A stretch of DNA of 58,671 nt, counting the filler, from Sphacelaria rigidula (lineage: Eukaryota), in the NCBI GenBank assembly GCA_964200075.2. It is 9 parts of 9 records of this genome, joined end to end, with 100 filler letters (N's around TTAATTAATTAA, not from the genome) between each part and the next. Parts side by side here need not be neighbours in the genome. Positions count along the whole stretch, not along the records: positions 45,713 to 52,142 come from CAXNAA020020116.1; positions 52,243 to 58,671 come from CAXNAA020020117.1; 7 more parts are not named here. One strand, given 5' to 3'. The notes below the pieces were generated by a model. It did no database searches, was not told the DNA's origin, and saw nothing but the letters and a program-made list of their open reading frames with translations. Below, piece after piece: positions 48,019 through 58,671 of this stretch. The position numbers and the translations under genes are program-made. Every line of letters starts with the position of its first letter. The stretch's first letter is position 1.

Positions 48019-48222
48019 AATCCTATGCGACAGTGGCAAGCAGCCGAGAATGTCGTGCTTCACGCCTTCATGATCCAAGAGTGCGAGCCGAAGGAGATAC
48101 AGGAACAGGGCAAGGCGTTCTGGTCAGCCCTGGCGAACACTACCGGCGAGGAGGTCGAGCGAGTGATTGCGCTTGTCCGTGCGGCGGTACTACCTGCGTC
48201 CTGGGGCTCAGGTTTCCTCGTG
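48019..48222 (+). CDS. Next exon of the same gene; weak SANT/Myb-like pattern
   Basis: ACAG acceptor, NPMRQWQAAENVVLHAFMIQECEPKEIQEQGKAFWSALANTTGEEVERVIALVR..., GTG|GTAAGG donor. Phase 0. Confidence 0.7.
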
Positions 48223-49176
48223 GTAAGGGACTCCCGGCGGGGGTGGAGTGGGATACAGTCGCGATAGTTGTAGTTCCGTGTGCGCGTACTACGAGCTGGG
48301 CCAGCCTAAAAACGGATGAGCTCTCAAAGCAATATCTCGTCGACACAGACGAGTTGGGCCGTGATCCGCATATCGTTTAAGTCGTCCAATCAAGGGGAAG
48401 GTGCCCATCGCTGCTCAAAAGTCTGGGCCAATAGTTTCTCGTTGATTAAACCCCTTGACTAGTAACTCCTATACCTTACGGAGATGACGTCCGCAATAAA
48501 ATCTATATGAAACCCCGAACGATGTATTCAGCGGGGGATGATGCTTTTTGGTGTGGACGTTCCCTGGAGCACGGGGAGACGATAGATACCCTCACTTTCA
48601 CCTAATCCGTAATCTATCTCAAGATATGGCGCACATTAGGTTTTATACTAAAATCAATATCTTACGAGCAGAGGTGCTAGATGCTTCAAAACTGGATATC
48701 GCGTCTCAGTTTTTGAGAGTTGTGCTATGAAATTTGTATGGAGAAGCGCTAGGGCATAATAAAATAAACGAAACAGCTCTTCCCCCCCCCTCTTTTTTTC
48801 ATTTTTTTTTCGTATTTTCAGTGGAGTTTTGAGAAGAAATCAACATCGCTCTTGGGCCTCATCTCAATTTTTTAGCTCAATTTTTAGAAATGTGATTTGA
48901 AATCAAGCATGGAGAACCACGAAGGTGTGCCGAATAAAAGTAAAGCCTTCATTTTTTTTTTCATAGAGGTTAGGGCGTTCTCGTGAAAGAATGGTCTTCA
49001 CCATACTAGAACGCCCTAAACCAGTAAAGAAAAATCAACCTGACCACTGAGTTTTGTGAAATATGCCCTAGCGAGAGCCCACACAAAATTTCAATACACA
49101 AAGATCGAACGTGGGCCGGGGAGTGGCCTGCAAAATACTGTTCCGATTTTCTACCGACCCGTTTTTTGAAAGGCGA

Positions 49177-49446
49177 ATGCGCCGACCAATATATAGAGTT
49201 GGAGCGTAAAATTTGGTACGGACAGTAACATGAGGCATATTTTTTTCGAGTGTACCCAGTTTTTTGTTTTTTACTTTTTTTCATGAATCAAGGGCAATGA
49301 TCAGTTTTCAGGTATCAGTAAAATGGCCTCAACTAATGAAAAAAGAAAAAGACCTTTGGTACACTCGTTTTTATTTTTATTTTTTATGCCACATGCATTC
49401 TCCATACCAAATTTTACGCTCCAACTCTAAATATTGGCCGGCGCAT
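49177..49446. mobile_element. MITE-like element with ~60-bp terminal inverted repeats
   Basis: ATGCGCCG(A/G)CCAATAT(A/T)TAGAGTTGGAGCGTAAAATTTGGTA(C/T)GGA at both ends in inverted orientation. Confidence 0.78.
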
Positions 49447-50772
49447 GGGCCTGCGAACTTCAAATCCGCCTCTAGGCTGGCCCAGGTTGTTTACTTTTCA
49501 AGTGTTACTCTTGTTTGAAGAATTGTCCCGTGGCGGTGTTTATGTGTGTGGGGTTGTTCCAAGTTCTCTACACCCTGGACAATACATTATGTAATATGTG
49601 TTGCCCGCTCGATATGTCGACGCGTCAGGTGTTCAGTATATATTGGGCGAGCAATATGATGGCACGAGAGACAGGTCAAAATATATTTGTGTCATCATTA
49701 TGTCAAGTCCCGCGACATGTAATATGTATCGACTGCACAGTACATCACGACACGCGCCACCTCAAAATATATTCGCCGAGTAATATGTTGGTGCGGTAAG
49801 TTGTCAATATCCATCTGTCGAGTAATATATTGACTGCCACCCGAGGTCACTATAGTATACATATATATATATATATATATTGATGATTCAATATACTCAA
49901 CACCCGAAGCGCCATATATTGCCGCCCCATTATGTCGTGCGTCAATGCGTCCAAAATATATTGGCCGAACGATACACGATGGAATCGACGGTTACATATA
50001 TTGATGATTCAACATGTAGATTGGAAAGCGTATTGGAATTAGTTTGTTTTCAATTTGTATCATGGTAACAGTATGTTACGCATCGCTTCGGCTCAATATA
50101 TATTGACATTTCAATACATACACGGCCAGCATGCACAATATATACGTATAGAATGTTTTGTTCCCGGAGCAAATGCATGTTCGATATATATTGTCATGCA
50201 TTACCTCACAATCATGGCACGAGAAATATATGTTGCCTCAATGATGTCTCCGAAGGCATCTAAACACAGCATATTGAAAAGACAATATTTGCGCTGTCTC
50301 CAATACAAAGTATTGGAATATTACTGGAACATATTGTATTGTCCAAGGTAAAAGGAACACAGCACCGGTAACCAGAGAGGTACCAAAAGGCGCATATCGA
50401 CCCGCGTTTTTTGCGGTCGCACTGTTCAGCCAAGATATGTTACACTCTGTGAAGGGGATGGGCGGCACCGCACCGGTGGCCAGGTAGGTACCAGAAGGGA
50501 TATATACCGGGTCGCATCTTCTGTCATCATATTTTTCGGCCAATGCATGTAAATATTGAACGTATTCGACAACTCTCCGTAGCAATGCACGCGAACTTTT
50601 GCGGCTTCCTTCGAAGCTCTTCCCAATCTGCACGGGCTCCGGCATCCATCGCGTCTGGATCTTTCTCAAAGCGTACACCATACTGATAATATCAATGTAT
50701 ATATTTTGAGCGGCTGATACAGGCACACACGCGGCCCCAGCGTATATTGACCGGTCAATATGTCCCTACCAA

Positions 50773-51256
50773 AGACCGCCGTCACAAGCGAGAGGCTGCT
50801 GCGTCGAGGGCTGCCAATCGGAGAATCCTGTCTCCTTATATCGGTTGTTGACAATGTCCTTAGTCGGTGGCTCTGCGGTGCCCACTGGTGTGTATCTGCA
50901 CCTACTCTGGTGCCCTGACATCCTTTGGACCTTTTCCCTTTTCTAATCGTTTTATTGTATTTTTTTTTATGTGCTCTTCACTTTCCTCTTCTTTGCCTTT
51001 TTTGTTGTTGTTGTTGTTGTTTTAGGTCGGCCATTTCTTTCTGTGCTTTGCTTGTGTTGACTTTTTATTACTATTTTTGTTACGACTTAGTCTGCTGTGT
51101 CGTTCTGTTTGACTTTTTATTTTAATTTTTTTCCTGTTCCTCCTTTTCTTCAGAGCGTGTGTCCGTTTCGTTTTTCTTGGGCACGTCCATCATGAGACCA
51201 CGGCTGGACTCCTGGGGGGTCAGTTCAAGTGCGAAAATCAATCATCAATCAGTCAA
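50773..51256 (+). mobile_element. RTE-like LINE 3' end, same family as 31546-32552
   Basis: Near-identical to ~32081-32550 (GACCGC.GTCACAAGCGAGAGGCTGCTGCGTCGAGGGCTGCCAA...GAGACCACGGCTGGAC.CCTGGGGGGTCAGTT.AAGTGCGA) with an (ATCA)n tail. Confidence 0.9.
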
Positions 51257-51474
51257 TGCGACCAGGGGGCAGCGGGGCGAAATTTTTCAGACATGTGCCC
51301 CCCCCGCCGGAGGGTATTTTTTCGAGGATTGTCTTCTTTTTTTCTTGTCAACTTCGTTGCAAAAAATTAAGTTGACAAGAAATTGATCAATAAGCACTGA
51401 CAAAAACCGAAAAGTTTGATGGGCTTTGCGTGGTTCGTATATCTGCTTCTACTCCTTGCCCGCTCTGTCCCGAT

Positions 51475-51651
51475 TGTAATGCGTGATAGGACCGCGTCGT
51501 AGTTCGAGACACGTCAGGATCGGCGTTTTTCAAAACCGATCGGGCCACACGCCCCTGACCCTAATCCCGCAACACCAACCCTAACCGTAACCATAGGGGT
51601 GTTCAAATTCCGATGCGATCCTCGAAGCACGCGGTCCTCTCACGCATTACA
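51475..51651. mobile_element. 177-bp MITE containing degenerate CCCTAA repeats
   Basis: TIR TGTAATGCGTGA(T/G)AGGACCGCGT; flanked by CGAT; centre CCCTGACCCTAATCCC...CCAACCCTAACCGTAACC. Confidence 0.75.
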
Positions 51652-52242
51652 TCGATGATCTCAGATGCCGTAAGGTATTATTAAAAAATTGTCCTGATTT
51701 TTTTGTTCCCCTTAACTTTGTTGCAAATAATTGATCAGTAAACACTGACAAAAATCGAAAAGTCTGGTGGGCTTTGCAGGGTTTATATGTAATTTGCCTC
51801 TGCTCCTTACCCGCTCTGTCCTGATGGCCTCAGGTCTCCATACCAAGGGTCTCTGTCCACGGCAGCTGACCCGATTCGCCAACACTTTGACAATAAACCA
51901 GGGGACAGGTGCCTGCCCCCCCCCCTCCCCCCCCCTCAAAAACTGATATTTTTGATCTTGGGGCCTACATGCCAAGAATGTTTTCACGCTGCCCCCTGAT
52001 GCGACCCTGATATATATTGCTCCGTCTCGAAAGGGATGCGTGGTCAACTGTCAAACGACTAAGGCAAGCAACAAATGAGTACGCGCCACTCCCCCCCCCC
52101 CCCCCCCCCCACCACCCAAACCTCGTCCGCGGGCTCGACATCNNNNNNNNNNNNNNNNNNNNNNNNNNNNNNNNNNNNNNNNNNNNTTAATTAATTAANN
52201 NNNNNNNNNNNNNNNNNNNNNNNNNNNNNNNNNNNNNNNNNN

Positions 52243-53165
52243 GTGTGTTCGGCGAGTCGCATGAAGGGTGAGCTGCATCGTGCTGAGATTGTTCGGCCCG
52301 AAGCCTACTGATTATCTCGCATATGGATGACAGCCTACGATGAGTTGCTAATGTTCTGGTATGGCCACTTCTAGAGACAGCCATGGCTTAAACACTGCCT
52401 CATGGGTGTATCAACATGTAAACACTACGTAGTACAATCATGCCCATTGTGCGGAGTTGGGGTTCTCCCACGCCGCACAACATGATCTTGCTCCACTACC
52501 ATCATGGTTACAGCAAAAAAAACGCAAGCGCCCCCCAAAAAACTGTAACCTGGTTGCGTGTTTCGCAGCGTCATCGCCAACCGACGCCAACCCCGTCGGG
52601 GGTTCGCCCCTACAAATCTGGGACGAAGCACGCCGGGTTCTCGCCATACCAGGCTGATGGGGAGGGGAGGGGCACTCATTATTTTGCCTGCCGTAGTAAC
52701 ATGGCTGTTGATATCGCATCCCTATTATACAAAGCCGGGGCGGAGCAAGCCGCGTTTCCGCCGAACCAGGCTTGCAATCACCAAGCGCGAAGCGCCGTGA
52801 TGTGTTTGGCCAGTCGCATGAAGGGTGAGCCGCATCCTGCTAAGATTTTTTTGCCCGAAGCGTACTGATTATCTTGCATATGGGTGGTAGTCTTGAATCG
52901 TTTGCTTCGCTTTCTGGTATCGCTACTTCTAGAGACAGCCCCGGGTTCCAAACGGCCTCATGGGTATTTCAGCATGTAAACACTACGCAGTATGGCCATC
53001 CCCTTTTAGCGGAATTCAGGTTCTCCCACCCCGCATAGCATGATCTAGCTCGACCATCATAGTTATTGCGAAAGGAAAAAAGACGGAAACAAGTGCGTAA
53101 AAATGAAAAAGTTAACGTGGTTGCCAGCTTACGCGGTGAGTGGCGTGTTTTACAGCGTCAGTGCA
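52243..53165 (-). repeat. Tandem copies (~555-bp period) of the repeat family seen at 19593-20815
   Basis: GTGT.TT.GGC.AGTCGCATGAAGGGTGAGC.GCATC.TGCT.AGATT...GCCCGAAGC.TACTGATTATCT at 52243 and ~52800; reverse-complement similarity to ~20340-20670. Confidence 0.85.
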
Positions 53166-53355
53166 TGATCACCGTCCGGGCATTTGGACCGCTCCTGTAC
53201 AATCCCCATCTAAGGTCCCGGTGGCAATGGGATAAAGCGGGAATCTTCATGACTTTCCGCCGATCAAATGCGTTGATGTACATCTCAGCTGTGCTACGTT
53301 GCTGTGGGGAACCTGCGCTGCCCACCCTGATGTCGCATGCCGCACATATATACAG

Positions 53356-56300
53356 GTATTCTCAATCACGGCCGCATTTTGCGCATTCGTGGTTTTCAAC
53401 AACCTCAGCCTGCAGGCAAATGGTGTGTCATATTACCAGCTCATGAAGATTCTTACCACGCCAGCCGTCGTTGTCCTACAGCTTCTGTTCTACAACGTGA
53501 GTGTCGTTTGGTCGTGTGGAATGTTCGGAGGGCAAACAGGGGACCAGCAGTGCTTTTTTGGCGTAAGGCTGAGCGTTTTGGATATTACGGTGAAAGAGCG
53601 CGTGAGAAGAATGCTCGGCCAATAACTGAGACACCGGTCAAGCCAGATAGTTGTCATAACGTGTCATACTTCCGCCCCATCTACTGTTCGACAACTCGTG
53701 AGGGAGACCACCCTGAGTGTCATGAAAACCCCTGATGTCTTAGCTGCAGTCACTTTGCTGCATCACGACCATCTTGGCACGAACCTCGCATCTTCAATGT
53801 TTTGTAAGAATGCAATCTCTCACATCGAAAAGAGAAACGTCTTTTCTGCAGTGCTGAGACAGGTACATGATTGAACAGGAAACTGGGACCAACCATACCG
53901 TCGCGCCCTAGTGGTCTAGGGATCCGATTGCCACCACTAGGGCGGAGATAATATGGGTTCGATTCCAGCTGCGTTGAATTTTTCTTCAACCTATCTGACT
54001 TCCACCGTCAAAAGCGGGAGTACGTGAGTAAACACAAAGTACTTGACTGAGTTTGTTTGACGAATGTTGATACGGCGCGGGAGTTCTGACCCAATCCGCG
54101 CGACGAAAACGCAAGGCGTGTATCGAGGAGAGGTGGATTGATACCATGAGGCCACGGACTCGTCTCGAGGATGGGGAGGGGTTGAGAGTGTGACAAAAAA
54201 ATAAAGTAGTGACTCAAGCCCCATCAGCAGGGGCAACTAACCGTCTGTCCTATATCCACCGGTTTACGCAGGTTGTCCTTCCGACGAAGCTTGCGCTATG
54301 TCTAGTGCCTGTTTGCGCTGGCGTGGCGTTGGCAACAGCAGGTGCAGAAGGTGGCTCCTTTGCGGGGGCATTGTGGGCTACCGCAGGATTACTGGCGGCT
54401 GCAGCATACCAAGTACTGGTGAAGAGCAAGCAGGCTGCTCTAAAGGTCATGTCCTGAAAAAGGGAGGGATGGATGCGTACGTCTCATTTAAAAATGTGTA
54501 TGAATAGCCATTCGATGTGCGTTTCGGGCTGCCTTCAGAGCGATTATATTATATAGCTTACAGGAAAAGGTGTGTTCAGAGCTACTCTATTTCCTCACTG
54601 TGCACGTGTTGCTGTTTCTATCGACTAGGTGCGTGCATGTGGTAGTCTTGTATCCAGTTGACCATCCCGACTATCCCTAGACTCGTACTTTTCGCTCCCA
54701 GTCGCACCCTCACCGAGCAGAGAAGTGCACGAGTAATATTGTCCTTCACTGACAGTGGCGCCCCGGTAGTGCAATGGTCCGACTGTCGCCATTAGAGTGG
54801 AGAGAGCGAGGGTTAGATTCCCCATGCGTTGTTTTTTTCTTCGTAGTATTTGTTTTCCACCGTGGAAAGCGTGAAAACGTGAGTAAACAAAGTAGTTGAC
54901 TGAGTTTATTTGTCGTGAGTTGACGCGGTGCGGGAGTGCCGATGGTCATGATCCAATCCGCGAGACCAAAATGCAAGGCGTATACAGGGGACAGATGAGT
55001 TGATCCCTTGAGATCACGAACTCGTCCAAAGGAAGGGGTCGGGTTCAAAGTGCGACAAATGAAACATCATGGTAGGAATAATACAAAACTGGCGATTGAA
55101 TTTCCTGCATCGTCGAATGTATTATTTTACATTGCACACACGAATCGAAAGCTGTTCTCTCCTCACCGGATAATAATTCCCGACATACTATCAGTCATTT
55201 CTACCAGGAACGGTGTTTTGTCAGGTCACTGTTGATGGCCAAAATGCACTTATATTCCCGATCGGACACGAGGTGACCAACAGTGCAATCCAACTAAAAT
55301 GGTAACCCCATGTTCACTCCTCCGGTAAAAACCTAAATTCACAGGTGTCCTCATTCCAGCTTCTTCACTATCAAGCGCCTCAGGCCGCGGCGTTAGTGAG
55401 TATTCTGTCCCCCTTATTCGACGACACCGCTTCAATGATTTCGTGGGCGAAATCCTTTGTTTCGTCGGCAAGTACGAGCGGTGCCCAGGGAGGGCGGATA
55501 TATGGCGAAACGAGCCGGGAGGGGGAGACGGTGATCGACTCAGTAAAGGTGGTGTGGATAGCCGCGATGTTCCTCCTGTCGTGCGTGCTGGCCTTCATGG
55601 TAAATCTCAGCTTGTTTCTCGTCATCGGCCGAACATCTCCCGTCTCATATCAAGTGAGTGCCCCTACTGTCTCCCCGGAGAGGTGTCTGGGGGAGTGCTC
55701 ATAGCGTACGATGGGGTGCGTTCTATTTGGCAGTGACAGGACCTCGCAGCCCATTCTCGTTAAATATCTAGTGTCTTTTGAAACTCTGACTTGTGATTGT
55801 CACCGCGGCAGGGTAAGAGAGTGCAAATAGTCTAGCTGTACTAAATGTATGAATGTGGATGCTCAAAGGATGCCTTAACTTTACTGAGTTCATGGCGAAG
55901 CATGTTGGTGCCACACGCAGTCGCTCGCGCCAAGCCTAGGTGAAGCTGCATGGGGCGTGCACGCGACATGTTAAAGAATGATGAGCTAGGTTCATCGCGC
56001 TTTAGGTGTAAAATCCTAATCCCGCGAAGATACTCCGGCACTGCCGAACACGACCGTTTGTGTAACCCAGCATACGTTATCACGCGTGTTGACCAGCTTT
56101 CCGCTGGGTGACGTTGTTGATTATCCTCCAAATACACGAGTGGGTCGCTGGGAAACGCCCGCTATCTCGCACCACACGCAGCACGGGATGGAGTGCTTTT
56201 CATCGGGCTCATCCTTGCTGACCCGATCGCGATACAGAACACATTTTGTGGCTTCTCAAAGTCCTTACTCGATCACCCCAATGACTCTTAAACATCACCG

Positions 56301-56619
56301 TCCTCAAAACTTCGATGTGCATTGTTGGTAACAACAGGTACTGGGTCATTTCAAGCTCGTGGTGATTCTTGCGGTCGGCATAGCTATGTTCGACGAACAC
56401 ACTGAGCCGTTTCGCCTCGTCGGGATGGCTCTTGCTCTGACTGGGATCATCGGCTACACGAAACTCAAACAAGGCCTTGCCAGCGGTTGGGAGGCGCAGG
56501 GAATGGCGAGTAGCATTACCCCTGTCAAAGATGACGATTCGGCCGGGAAGGGGACGGGTTATGGAGTAATGACACGCCCTTCGATCACTGGCTCCTCGTA
56601 CACGATGAAGGTTCATTGA
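53356..56619 (+). CDS. Nucleotide-sugar/triose-phosphate translocator family transporter (SLC35E3/UXT-like), 5'-partial; exons 53356-53496, 54272-54445, 55345-55653, 56338-56619
   Basis: Four phase-0 AG/GT-bounded exons join into VFSITAAFCAFVVFNNLSLQANGVSYYQLMKILTTP...YQVLVKSKQAALK-VSSFQLLHYQAP...VNLSLFLVIGRTSPVSYQ-VLGHFKLVVIL...GMALALTGIIGYT. These carry the family motifs NLSL.xN.V.YQ..K and TSPxxYQVLGH.K. Confidence 0.93.
53903..54183 (+). mobile_element. tRNA-derived SINE, copy B (transporter intron)
   Basis: GCGCCCTAGTGGTCTAGGG A-box-like head, B box GGGTTCGATTCC at 53955, shared body. Confidence 0.78.
54758..55045 (+). mobile_element. tRNA-derived SINE, copy C (transporter intron)
   Basis: GCGCCCCGGTAGTGCAATGG A box, GGTTAGATTCCC B box at 54811, body shared with copy B (ACGTGAGTAAACA..AGTA.TTGACTGAGTTT.TTTG). 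Confidence 0.78.
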
Positions 56620-56792
56620 TCGTGTTTGTGGTCTAATAGTAACTCGACCTTTTTCTTTACCGTGGATATTTGATGATGGATTGGTGCATGGTGTGAGCGT
56701 TTTCTTTTGCCCATTAACATTGTAAATATAACGGGACCTGCGCCTTGGTGGAGGGAGAGTATCCCCTTATTTGACGGACATAATTAGAGAGA

Positions 56793-56950
56793 TGAATGGA
56801 TGAATGGATACACTCGTAAATTATGTTGCAGCAGTAAGCATTCGGGCACGTATGGAATGAAACGGCAGCATTGGAGATATGGCTGAATGAATGGATATAC
56901 TCGTAAAATAGATTGCAGGAAACAGACGTTCATTCGGGCACGTATGGAAT
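56793..56950. repeat. Tandem duplication, ~92-bp period, in the transporter 3' region
   Basis: TGAATGGATA(C/T)ACTCGTAAA...TTGCAG...CATTCGGGCACGTATGGAAT occurs twice. Confidence 0.8.
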
Positions 56951-57285
56951 CACAATGTGTTCCAGGTATGGACTAATCGCCATTAATCAATATTCCACCG
57001 AAAAAAGCGCGCAATCAACGGCGTTGAGTTTCGCTTGGTGAACTCAAAAATGCCAAGCTAAATAAAAATATGCTCGTGTCTACCCTTGTTTTCCGATGAA
57101 AACTTGCAAATGATACTACTCTGCAACACACGATTTCCATGGTGGCAAGTTTTTGGCACGGCTGTCGGTACCGCGCAGCCACCGCATTTTATTGTTGAGG
57201 GTATTTACCGTGAGCATATTGAGATCTAATTCATGGAATCTCACCCCATGTAACCCCCCCCCAGTATTCCAAGATAACATGAGCT

Positions 57286-57645
57286 CGCCCCGATAGTCTA
57301 ATGGGGACTTTGGTCTAATGGGACCGTTAATTGATTGTTGAAAACAGGGTGATTACGACGAAAAGGGAAGGGGGTCCGATTCCCGCCGCACAGACGGACA
57401 AATGCATCACCGTTACAATCAATGCGTCTTTTCCCCGAAGAGCATAATCTATCTGGTGATTTCTGTTGTTATAACGTACTGAAAGGACATGAATGGCAAG
57501 AAGAGTTTACTTGACGAAATTCGATGCATTGGGGGAGTGTCGACCATTGAATTTCGCGATGCTAAATCACAAGGTTTGTGCCAAGGGAGAGATGGACTGA
57601 TCCCTCGAGATCGTCGCGGACTCGTCCCGAGGAAGAGGAACGGTT
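57286..57645 (+). mobile_element. tRNA-derived SINE, copy D (diverged)
   Basis: CGCCCCGATAGTCTAATGG head, GGGTCCGATTCCC B-box-like, and 3' part CAAGG..TGTGCC..GGGAGA.ATG...TGATCCCT.GAGA....CGGACTCGTCCCGAG.AAG.GGA shared with copy A. Confidence 0.6.
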
Positions 57646-58671
57646 ACAATATACTGTAATTAGGTCGCTTCATATCGCCAGGAAACGGACTCTCTGAGAA
57701 CTGCCCTACGTTTCGAGCCCTTCATCGCGGAATTTTGGCGGAATACGGGCCTTGGCGGATTTGGCCGCCTCCGAGATATTTCAAGGGTCGGACGGATAAA
57801 TGATTCGTCTGGAAATTACTTGACTTTAGTGTTGTTGATTCGTACCGTACGAATCAATCTTGAAGCATTGTTTTCAGCGTTCCTACCCAGGTACGCGCAG
57901 CCCAGGCACGAGGAATGGCGCAAAAATTGCGTGGAGACCTTTTTGACCAGCGGTCAACTTTTTCTTCTCTTTTTTGAGCAATCAGGCCTGCAAAATTGTG
58001 GATTTGGTGATTCGAACCGGCGATGATTCGTCCGAACCGTGAAATATTTGCTGTGCTCCCCAAGAGGATTCTAGCGCACTTTCCGATTTCCTGTACGCCC
58101 ACTTTTACTCCTGACCATATTAATTCCCAATTTTTCCGGTCGCCGCAAACGTGTTCGAGTTGTGGGGAAAAGACACGTCCGTTTTCCCGACGACTCGAAG
58201 ATTTTCAAGGCGGCGGAAAAAATCAGGAATCCGGGCAAAAGCAAAACTGAGAGTACGCAAAATCGGAGAAGTGCGCTAGAATCCTCTCGGGGAGCGTAGC
58301 AAATCTTTCGCAGGAGACCAAATCCGCCAAGGTCCGTATTCCGCAAAAAATCCGCGATGAAAGGCTCAAAAGTAGTAGGGCAGTTCTCAGAAAGCCGGTT
58401 TTCTGACTGTAAGGTCGTGTCTCAGGCCGTGTGTTATCAAATTGTTTTCGACTCGAAAACGTACGTACCGTGGAATCGAATTTGCTCTTACCTAATACGT
58501 CCACGGCATCCATGTTCTCAACCATCTGAGAAAATAAATAGCGCGTGGGCGAATCAGAAACGAGCGAATTCTATTCGACCGCACGTTTTCGACACGAAAA
58601 CATTTATTTCACGGTTAAACAGCCAATCATCTATGTTGAGGATGGTGCTATTGATTGAGGATGAGAACCCG

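Noticed and set aside
53903..54825. Functional tRNA genes
   Set aside because: A/B boxes are present, but I could not form a consistent cloverleaf, and each head continues into a shared SINE body.

Overview
Eukaryotic, repeat-rich genomic DNA, most likely a brown alga or related stramenopile (inferred from long GT-AG introns, Gln/Ala-rich exons, a bipartite plastid-targeting-like leader and the TE families). The window is not one locus. It is nine unrelated contigs of 6429-6431 bp joined by identical 100-bp N-TTAATTAATTAA-N spacers, so nothing should be linked across a spacer. The highlight is in contig 6 and is invisible to the ORF track: three co-oriented spliceosomal snRNA genes (U1 at 33586, U5 at 34458, U2 at 35060) within about 1.7 kb. 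Each is preceded by the same ~30-bp element (RGTARAMNCKGRNYKACGGGGTTTT) at exactly -71 from its start, a candidate lineage-specific snRNA promoter element. Phase-compatible antisense exons appear to be interleaved with the cluster. Other content: a RibD/PyrD deaminase exon; four exons of a nucleotide-sugar/triose-phosphate translocator family transporter; several exons of unknown low-complexity proteins; a decayed Ty3/gypsy and a decayed Ty1/copia element; RTE-like LINE 3' fragments; a four-copy tRNA-derived SINE family; several MITE-like elements; tandem repeats and microsatellites.
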